Below are positions 53,464 through 64,000 of a DNA stretch of 64,000 nt, piece after piece; the first letter of the stretch is position 1; each line of letters starts with the position of its first letter. The notes beneath the pieces are model-generated. The model was not told where the DNA came from and did not search any database. It worked only from the letters and a program-made list of their open reading frames with translations. The DNA lies in the NCBI GenBank assembly GCA_951406725.2, contig OX597832.1:35340001-35404000 (forward strand), read 5' to 3'. The stretch comes from Octopus vulgaris. Taxonomy: Eukaryota. The position numbers and the translations under genes are program-made.

Positions 53464-55201
53464 TAAAAAGTTATACCCACTTTTGCATTGTTTTTTATAC
53501 AACCATCATGTATGTGTGTGAGTGTATGCGGTGGGGAGGTGAGTATGTATGTTTTTTTTCTATATCTCAGTGTGTATGTGCGGGTGTGTGCATGTATTAA
53601 TTCATATTCTGTAAAAGCTGTTTATATTTGTGTTCACTGTAGATTAGTTAATTCTCATTAAAATACTTCGTTATATGATACATCAATGGACGGGATTAAA
53701 TAGGTGAATATATGGATTAGATAAATAATCATTATGCATTGTCATTGGACATATGCCATTTGGCATGGTAAGAAAATCAATGTTTTGAAATTGGAGGAAC
53801 CTAACGTAGCTGTAAAAAGGAAACCTATCTGTCAAACAACGGGCATTAAAACCAGAACCTATTAAAGACACATAAAATCTAAAAACGGCAACGTTGTCTC
53901 AGTAATTCGTTCTTAATGACAGAGGTAGAAGTAGGGAAGTAATGAAATACCAACTGACTGTGATTTATTCTACACGGGAGGGGGGAGCTATGTGATAGTA
54001 GTGGTAGTTGTTCTGTTCTAGCTCAGCCCTAATCGAGCAAACCTATGAGTGAACGAATTCCAGCCATGACTACCCCATTTACAATGTTTAATACGTCCCT
54101 TCCTAATTTAAGACAGCCGTGTAACTGAGGAAGATTTGGCAACAACTTTTAGCAAGTCTATTGATTACGTTAAGGTTCTCTCACTGTGCTCTGTTGTAGT
54201 GATAGCTAATTGCTAATTGTGTAAACATTTTAAGTCATGCCTTTCTATGGATGGCGTAATAGATTACTTTAGCTGTGTCCTAACGCTACATTGGAAGAGC
54301 TTTACCATGATGATATTTCGGAGACGGTACTTGATCACATGCATAATGCCTTGTGTATACATTTGTATTTATGTGTGTAGCGGATAGCGACCAAATTTCT
54401 AAGCTAGGATCCGAAACTGAATCCACAGTTCCCTACAAATTGTTGGCTTTTAGGTTTTCGCCTGTTGCACTAGGAAAATTATGAGAATAATATGATCTCT
54501 TGATCTTTCACGAGTCATACTTTCTCTGTCTACCCCCCCCTCTCACGTATTCACGCAGATAAATTTACTATCTACACAATGGCCCATGGAACTAAAGGCA
54601 ATTTGTTTACTGCAACAACTAACAAGCTGTGCACACAAACAACTCGAAGCAGTTGTATTTTCTATATTGTAACGACCATCAGAATCATATAAATAAAATG
54701 GCCGTCTTCTTCACTTATTTATGCAGTTCATTTATCCGCTACATAAATGGTCGTTATAATTGATGACACTGTTGTTACATATGTATGTTTGTCATTGTTC
54801 ATATTTACTTGAGTGCCAGTCAAATAGGTGTGTGCTTCAGACAATGGACATGAGTTAGAATAAGAACAGTAATAAACGAGTGAAGAACGAGTATACAGTG
54901 CGTGTGTTTATTTGGTGAAAGAAAAATGAGCAGGAGTCAAAAGGACTTGTGCGCCGGTTTGGCGGTGTTAAATTACAGACAAACACAGAAGCAATCACAG
55001 ACTTTTAGTATTATATAGATGGGCCTAGATTTTCATTAGGGACGTAATTTCTTTAATTTTTCAGTTATCTACTTTTGACAATAATTTGCGGTTTTAGCTA
55101 ACAAAATACTTCCAAGATTACTTTGCTTCAAACGGAAGTGAATAGAAATTTTACTCAGTTGTCATCAATTATCGATGATCGGAAAGTATAAAACTCAAAA
55201 G

Positions 55202-55955
55202 GATCTTTTTTTGTTTCGCTGCCAATTTTCAATCTCTTCAATTCCAGCTCGAATTAATTTCATATTCGGTGTAATGATAAGGTTTTATATGCTAATCATT
55301 GCTTTGAAATATATTTTTCTCAATACATCAATAAATAAAGAGTTATTAACTTTTAAAGTTTGCAAACTTTGGGTAATTTTAGCCAATCGTAAACCATAGA
55401 TACATCCATGCCTGTTTCCATAGCTATAAGCCAAGCATGAGAACCCTTTTGTCTGCGAGAAAGCACGTGTTGAAAAATATTGGCAACCAAACTGTAAAGA
55501 TCCACTCATTGAGGAGGACGTCAGATGTGCTAAAAATAACAACCAAATAGGCCTTAAATAACGCACCAAAAAATTCTTTATTTTATTTTTGGGTAATCGC
55601 TTGAATTCCCGTGTGTAGAAAACAAATTTGCAAACATTTTCTGAAAATTCAAAAACATTAATGAGTTATGAGGCACGAATGTAACTATTGTTCCTGTAGA
55701 TTAGAATTTGATTTGTTTACAGTTGACAGCACGTGCTGTCACACATAAAAGGACAGCTTCCAAATCCTGTTTTCTGACCGGGTGAAAATGATCAAACTTT
55801 AAACCTTAATAACTTTTTTTTTTTTTTTTTTAATTTTCTGGGAAAAGTTAAATATCTCCTGAGATTCGTCTTGGAAAACTACATTAATATACCAAATTTT
55901 AAAATTTTCAATAAACTTTGAATTTTCGAAACTTGGCAGCCAAACTGAAAATATC
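55202..55955 (-). mobile_element. ~750-bp non-autonomous TIR element, copy 2 (inverted)
   Basis: Reverse complement of copy 1/3 blocks, e.g. TTTCTGACCGGGTGAAAATGATCAAACTTTAAACC. Confidence 0.75.
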
Positions 55956-56404
55956 TACTAAAAATAATCCTATGATGGATAAAAGAAACTAAATAATGCA
56001 GACATCATGCACAAACGCGCACGCACGTGTGTGTGTGTACATAAAGTCTGAGTGTATGGATGTTCATGCGCGCATATATTTCTGTATATATTTACAAACT
56101 GTTTGCAGTTATCTGAATGTTTTTCATTCATTTACTGATTACTGTTGTTATACAGACGGTGTTGATTGCTTATTAAATCTATATCCTGAGAATGAGCAAA
56201 CTAGACGTGTAGACAGACTGATGGCATACGGCTTGGACAGGCAGAGTGACAGAAAGGGGACGGTTGAGAGAAATCAAAGCAGATCGATGAAACTAGACTC
56301 GTCATTGCTTTTAACAAACACTAAAATGGAAAACCTGTTTCCATCAGTCCCCATTTATTTCCATCAGACTTTGTTGATTTTTGTCTTGTTCGCAACTTTA
56401 ACCA

Positions 56405-56448
<44 letters not shown>

Positions 56449-56486
56449 GTACCGCCACAGATATATGAAAACATCTCTTAATTCAA

Positions 56487-57208
56487 ACCTTTTCTGTTTG
56501 GCTGCACCTTTGGAAATTGTAAAGTTTAGTGAAAATTTTAAAATTTATGTCTTGGTGTAATTTTCCACGCTGAATCTCGGGGGATATTTATCTTTTTTTC
56601 CAAAATATTTTTTAAAACGTTACAGCGGTTAACAGTTTGATCATTTTTACCCAGTCAGAAAACGAACTGTCATTTTGTGCGTGATAACGTGTTTTTAACT
56701 GTAAACAAATGAAATATTGGCGAAAATCTGCTTCACGCACGACATATAACCTCTCATAGCTTCAATTATTTAGGGGAATTTTTAGAAAATGTTTGCAAAT
56801 TTGTATTCTACACACGGGAATTCAAACATGATTATGCAAAAACCAAAACCAAAATATTTTGGTGCATGATTTACGGCCTATTTAGCTGTTATTTTCAGCA
56901 CATCACACGACCACCTCATACCTCGTGTTTTACGCATTTAATAAGTGAAAAATGACCGTGTAGCTTGACAGGACTTGGTAATAACTTGGCTTGTTACTAT
57001 GGAAACTGACACCTATATGTATGGTTTTTGATTGGCTAAAATTACCCAAAATTTGTAAACTTTAAAAGCTATTAACTCTTAAATTATTGATTTATAACGA
57101 ATGTGAAGTTCATATCAAGGATTATCATACAAAGCTACACGAATACACCAAATATGAAATCAATTTGAACAAAAATTGAAGAAACTAAAAAGTAGCAGCC
57201 AAACAAAA
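56487..57208 (+). mobile_element. ~720-bp non-autonomous TIR element, copy 3
   Basis: Collinear with copy 1. A related partial copy lies at ~63600-63800. Confidence 0.75.
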
Positions 57209-57747
57209 TTCAGTAAATAGAAATTTTAGGAAAATGAAGAATTAGAACTAGGTTTATAAGTGGACGCGGCTTTATAGGCAGATCCTGGTTTATGAGTGAA
57301 GCCATGTTTATGATAAGCTAATTTGTATTATTTAGTTGTTTTGTTTTTTAAAAAACGGTAGCTTTGATGAAATTTAGGAAGAATATTCTGTTTTTCCTCT
57401 TTATAAAGTTAGGTCGATTATGTTAGACAACATTACAGAGGTGGTGGTCATTCTTAAGCTGATACGCATTTCAATATTTCATAAAGCTGTGTGCTTAAGA
57501 AGTTCGCATTGCAACTGTGTGGTTCCAATTCTATCTTAGCCTCAAGTCTATTAAAACATTGTTTTGATATCTGACAGAGGGACTGTTCTTTATTTGAGGT
57601 GATAGACTTAATCTATGAAAACATAACAATGGTGCTGTCATAATGTGCATCCCAGTTGAGAAAAGTTTTATCAAAATTGATTGACAGAAAACCGAGAAAT
57701 CCTAAATTTCACTCCTAAACTATTAGCGCGTGGTTCTGGGTGTGTGT

Positions 57748-57838
<91 letters not shown>

Positions 57839-59096
57839 TAATGTCTTTTGAGTGAAACTTGGTAAGACAAAAACCGTGCAGGAGTCGATCGAAGGGATCG
57901 TATGTTTTTTAGTGGAGGGTGCACCTAACCCTAGGAATGTTTTGAGCAGAGTCGACTCTTTTGCAAATATTCAGACCAGATCTCTAGTCTGATGATAACC
58001 ATTCCCCCCACCCACTGTCATCCACAGAGTCCATGAAAAAAGACATTAGTTAACCTTAAGCTTTGGAAGACGACATGTCTAACGAGCTGTGCAGTGGGAT
58101 CGAACCCAAAACTCTGCCGCCGTGAGGCGAACTTTTGAAAGACGTAACCATACCTGCATTCATGAACCATTCCTGTATCCATAAACCACGCTTGTGTCCA
58201 TATGCCATGTCTGCTCGACCTTCTAGAAATATCAGCCAAGTCACTGTCGAATCACACCCTACAGTCTTAAAAAATGGAAGAATACATTGGCTGATGTTGT
58301 ATTATTTACACTGTGACTGAATACGGGACAGGTTGATCTGGCTGGAATTATTTTCATCATTAGGGCTGATCTGAATAATTGCAACAATATTAAGTCTACC
58401 GTACCATTTTTTAACTTAGATAACTCTACGGGCGCTGTCTTTCCTTCGCTCACACTAAGTAAAAATAAAAATATAAAGAACTCCATTTGTATCCTAACTA
58501 AACAAATACATAATTCTTTCATATTATGTTCTGTTTTACCAGAACTCTGTTTACTATGATAATAGTGTTAACGAGTTAAAGTTATTCAGATAACATCTAA
58601 AGCGTCTTTTAGGTAATTAAAGGGTCTTTTTCGACAACTTTAATATGTGAAGATATATAATGGTGATATTACATTTTTAAAAATTACCTTCTCATTATTA
58701 TTGTCACCTTTTCTTTGTATCAATTCTTTTGATGTTTCAGTGATAAAAACAAACTTCCAGCTCCACTGCATTATTCTGTCGGTGAAATACAAATCTCTTT
58801 AACTTTGAAGGTTTTTTGCCCATCTTAAAAAATAGTCTACAGTTCTCGATCCTATTACTAAACAGTCTCTTCATTTCAATATAACCATTAGAACTGGGGG
58901 TAGCGATCAGACATTCGCGTTCGAATCTGCCAAAACATATTATGAATGAAGGAAATATGTTATTACTTGGATTGTGGTTGTAGCTCGTGCACTCTATGAT
59001 GTTTGGAAACATTAGCACGTATCAGCAAATAATTTATTTGCTGATTCTTATAAACAAGACTCGTGTTCTTGCCAGAGTCATCGGTCCGAAGGGTAT

Positions 59097-59139
59097 CATT
59101 GACTGAGGAGCCGTACAGTAAGGTCGAAACATCGCAGTG
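59097..59139 (+). ncRNA. Hammerhead-like motif, imperfect
   Basis: CAUUG-A-CUGAGGA-GCC..GGUC-GAAA-CAUCG-CAGUG. Core boxes intact, stem I CAUUG/CAGUG, stems II and III imperfect. Confidence 0.4.
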
Positions 59140-60755
59140 AATCAAAGTGTTCTAAGATCTGTGAATCACATGTTATGAATACACATTGTCTAAAGCAATT
59201 GTTCTCAACCGGGGTCCATATGACCGTTGGGTTATATGAGATTTTGCTGTTGAAGTTCACGAGCAGTAAATCGATTATACTTCTTCAATACACAAAATAT
59301 TTTAACAATTTTCTTTGTACAATTCTTAATGATATTTAATTATTAAGATATAATAATTTTTCATTAAACATCGAATGACTAAGAGGTTCCATCCGGATGA
59401 AGTAGGAATCAGACGGGATCCATAGAGGAGAAAGGGTTGAGAATCCATGGTTTAGAGGGGAAGAGATATTCTCCATTGATGAAAAAGAACAGCAATCAGA
59501 TATTCCCTTTCGGATCTTCCAGAATATATTAAGAATGTATAGATACGTTATTGTCAGAATGAAACATTGGTTATTTTTCTCTCTTTTCACAGTAATCTAG
59601 AGTAGTTAATTTTTACATTTACAATATTTCTAGCCGGCAATAGTAGCTTGTCATTAACTCTCTCTTCATTCAATGTCAGTTATAAAAGTCACCGAAGGAA
59701 ATTTTCCATAAAATGATTTACGAAAGAGAATAAAAAGGAAGAAACGAACGCAGCAACGAGAAAGAGAAAGAAAAATAGGGAACTGGAAGGAAAGAGAGAG
59801 AGGTGGAGGAAGGGAGAGGAGGCCAGATTTATTAATTATACGGTTGTTAGTTTATATCGATTCACCTTCATCCACTAATTATGACTTTATACTGAAAACA
59901 GTAATAAATCTCGTTCAAATTATGCAAGTCGTGTTCTCTTTAAAGTAAAGCAGTTAATGGATGCAACTGTCGAAACTATATTTGACCATCATGGAAAGAA
60001 ATGCGAGCGAACAGACAGTCATTCTTTCGTATATTGTGTAACAGTAAGACATGGCAGGACGTCTCCACTAGGATAAGAGAGCATTAATGAAAATATATAG
60101 GTATATAATTTAAACTAGGAGTGGTACATAAATTTATGACACTGTGTGTGTGTGTGTGTGTAAACAAAGGCAGGTATATCAAATACCATACAGCATAATC
60201 TCGGTTTATTAAAATTATTTCCACCTGTAGAGGATGTGAGATAATTATCAAATGGCAACTGAGAAAAGATTCATATCAGAAGCGGAGATAACCTCAAAAC
60301 TCAAAAATTCTCCAAAAGTTGACAACCTGTTAAGAACATGCTTCTGATCTTGAGATAAGAGGATAGTCAATTACACATGTTTCTGCCTCAAACAAGTGTC
60401 AACAGCATAGCAATTTGCCTAACCTATTTCCAGCAGTCAAGGGACTCATTAAAATACACACACACATCAACAGGGCTTTCTGTTTTTTTTCTTTGAATAC
60501 TTTGTTTCCTGGTTCTGTTTCGAATAGAACTATAGTCATCTACGTACATACACAGCCAGACAATTCAAAGGCCGAGTTTTTTAGTTTCTCTTGAGGGTGT
60601 TCTCTGTCTGGAATATTGAGCCAAGATTAACAGCGTTTGTCTTGGACGGTGCTGAGCCGAATTAAGTAATGATAAGATGATTTATAAGGAAAGTATAATT
60701 TGAAAGAAAGCAATGACAAGAGTGATATATAAATAAAGTATATATATATATATAT

Positions 60756-61289
60756 TGTAGTGACGCTATCCAACAGCGCGCGCGCGCCCCGCGCGCTAAC
60801 GCCATTTCAGTTCGCGCGTGCGGAGTTTGGAGCCTTCTGTAGAGGCAGAAGGGAAGGGCCCTCTCGCGCATGCGCGAAGACCGGAAGAAGGGAAAGATGA
60901 TGTGGCATTTAGCTGATAGGCAAGGGAGCGTAAAAACTTTGACCAGAAAGGGTACAGAGACACGTAGCAGCACCAGAAGGCTTTCCACCAGACATTGTTG
61001 CAGACCATATTTTCTTCGCTCTCTAAGGACGCCATATTTGACCAGCTCGGTTTGCTGCTGAACTTGTAAGATTGTTACAAGCGTTAAAATTTCAGCCTTG
61101 CCACAACCATACCAAGTGGAACCAAATATACCACCTTATTTCTTACTGTTATAAGAACAATAAAGAGTATATATTTTTACTGTCGCGTTTGTGTTCTTTG
61201 ACTGGTAGAATCTGGAAATTTAAGCAACGGAAATTGTGAATGCACCAGTTGCACCCTAAAAGTGCAAGAAGCAACCTATTCCCGTTACA
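60756..61289 (+). mobile_element. Solo LTR
   Basis: TGTA...TACA termini, 4-bp TSD ATAT, CpG-rich 5' part, internal AATAAA (~61159). Confidence 0.75.
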
Positions 61290-62456
61290 ATATAATAAAC
61301 CTTTACGTAAATAAATAACGTGAAATACACGAAGGGACAAACAAAAAAACAAATGGGTCATTCAAAGCCTTCATTCTTCAGTCAGAAACTGATCCCTCAT
61401 CGCAGATTTCGGCTGTTTAATTCTGAGATCCGCTCATATATATATACTGTGTAAGACCAAGATATCGATATGAGTGTATGAGTGTGCATGTATATATATT
61501 GATATGCATATCTACATCTATATCTACTTATTATACACAAACACATGTAAATATGCACACATGCATACATACATACATACATACATACATACATACATAC
61601 ATACATACATACATACATACATACATACATACATACCCTGTTGGTGTTGTTAAAATTCCAATGAAGGAGCCTTGGATCCAGGCTAGAAACCGGCTCTTTC
61701 TCTATTGGCGAGAAATCTTAAAATAAAACTGAATAATGATACGCATACATACATAGTGTGTATGTGTGTTTGTGTGTGCGGTCGGGTATGTGTAATAGAT
61801 GCAGTGGTGATTAGTATTTGTAACAGGTTAGTGAAAAGTCGTAGGACAGTAAGATACGCAATAAAATGAATTCACAGATACAGACATTACATATTATATA
61901 TTCGTTTAAGAAACAGATTGGGTTTATTTACATTTCTGAAGAAAAAAGATACCCTTCCCCCCACCCCTAACCCTAAAACAGATCGAAATGCAATAGATCG
62001 ATACTAGGGTCATAATTATGGGTGGACACTAAAAAGGGAACGGTCTTGTTATCCAGCTCTGTTTACGAGTGACCCCTCAGTTTATGGCGACACACGTGTA
62101 TTTGTTTACATTTGAAGATCGAGACCGTAGGAAGTTGTTGTTGACAAACTACGGCAGAAATTGTATTCAACTCAATAGACGTCATTGATTGGTTGAAATT
62201 GCCGAAATGCTAGAAATTAAACAAGAAATATCTTACAAACTACACAATTTTCTCAAGAAAGCCAAGAGAAAAAGATGTTTTATGTAACACATTCTACCAG
62301 TATACGAAGTTTAAAAGTGTTTAGTTACAAAGAAATTATTTTAAAAATTTGCCGGTCAAAGTGAGAAGATCCCGCAGGTGTTATTCAAATCATTTATACT
62401 TCCAACAGAACTTATTTATATTATATTGTATTATATTATATTATATTATATTATAT

Positions 62457-62499
<43 letters not shown>

Positions 62500-62510
<11 letters not shown>

Positions 62511-62891
62511 AGTAAGGTTGTGTGCTGTCTGTCTCCTACGATTTAGATTCCTAACTACTCCCACATTTTGCGGTGCAGTTTAACCAAAACCGGGTATCTT
62601 ATAGTCGTGATTCATATCGAGCCCTTCTGTGTATTAGCGCGCGTCTACGATGAGTCTACGATTAAAAAAAATTTACCATCAATTTTTTCCATTTTTAATG
62701 CATTTTTGGCATATATAAGGGAAGTAACTCTCTGAAAATTTATTATTAAATCTCAGAACGTAAAAAGCTACAGTAACCCTCCCCCCTTTGTGATTAGCCA
62801 TATTGAGATGGCTATTATACCTTACATCTCTAAAAATGCTTATATAGTTATTTCCCTTACAAACCCGAGCAACGCCGGGCGATACTGCTAG
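62500..62891 (+). mobile_element. Non-autonomous Helitron, copy 2
   Basis: 5' and 3' blocks near-identical to 29720-30241. Hairpin plus CTAG|T end, different middle. Confidence 0.8.
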
Positions 62892-64000
62892 TATATATAT
62901 ATATATACATATATATATCATCATCATCATCATCATCATCATCATCGTTGATGATGATGATGATGATATATATATATATATATATATATATGCGTACGTG
63001 TATTGGGGGCTGTATGCAGACACACACATACATTAAATCTATTATGAGACAACCATCCAGCTTATAGGAGTGGTTAAGTACCAGAATAAAAACAATTACG
63101 GAATTTTCTTCCGTCCCTAAAATTTTTCTCACTAGTGTTGATGAAATACAAGACATATTTAGGAATAAATTCGGCATGTCAAAACATTAGACTAGCTGCA
63201 GTAAACTTGGGAAAACATTAAAAGATTCGCGAGTAAATTAAATATTTGAAAGCTACAAGCAAACCAACAGGAGTTGCTAGAATTAACAGTCAAAACATTG
63301 CTTAAAACAGACATTTATTAGCTAAAATTAAAGAACGAAAGTTTGCAATACACTCTAGGGTTTTATAAAATAAATGATCTTCTTCATATTTCCTTCTCCA
63401 CATAAATTCGCAAAGATAAGAGTCAATCATAGAGCAGTGTGTCCACACCGACGTTTGTTTCCGAGCTTTAAAGATGTCCAAGTTCTCTCAATTTGTTGAT
63501 TACACTCTATTCGCTACACTCCTTGTGCGCGTGCGCAGCATCTTTGGTTACTATGGAAACGGAGTTCTTTGCAATCAGCTATGGAACAAGTGGTGCTTCT
63601 TTGTTTACTATGCTAACAGAACTTTATGGTGCTGGGTAAACTACTTGCTTCTGATTGGCTAAAATACCCAAATTTTGTAAATTTTAAAGGCTAATAACTT
63701 TCAAATTATGAATTTATAGGGAAAATGAATTTCATTTTCATAATTAGTTTACAAAACTTAAATCCTTATACCAAATTTGAAAACAACTGGAACAAAACTG
63801 TAGACATTGATCATAGCCACAAAGATCATATTTTGTACAGACAGATTTCGAGCTTTGTTCCAAAAATGAAAGAAAATAAATATCTCGGATTTATTATTTT
63901 TCTGACCAGTGTTGGATTTTGTGACGGAAAATAAATTTCTCAATTATAAAAATACTAGTGAAGACAGGCTTCTGGTAACTCTTGCTTTAACAGGCAATAG

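Noticed and set aside
61960-61978. Telomeric CCCTAA repeats
   Set aside because: Only about two units, inside an interspersed repeat.

Overview
AT-rich, microsatellite- and transposon-dense eukaryotic genomic DNA. The SINE, Penelope and mariner repertoire and the (TA)n/(TACA)n/(GATA)n load resemble an octopus (coleoid cephalopod) genome; this taxon call is inference. One complete host gene can be reconstructed by hand and is essentially absent from the ORF track: a six-coding-exon BLOC1S3 (BLOC-1 subunit 3) on the minus strand, 25640 to 2882, 193 aa, with all GT-AG phases consistent and a 20-nt microexon. Its 11-kb intron 3 holds a ~3.8-kb minisatellite of interspersed 13- and 14-bp units. 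This repeat explains every long ORF in the track and, in pre-mRNA orientation, reads as roughly 280 tandem 5'-splice-site-like motifs. The window also has one intact tRNA-Leu(TAA) gene and two decayed copies. Mobile DNA includes decayed Tc1/mariner, MULE, Gypsy, Penelope (RT + GIY-YIG), CR1, RTE and R4-like elements, plus Helitrons, MITEs, SINEs and solo LTRs. Several Penelope-type terminal repeats carry minimal hammerhead-ribozyme motifs, two with an unusual core substitution. No CRISPR or prokaryotic system is present. Transposon boundaries are approximate and family calls come from motif recognition, not database searches.
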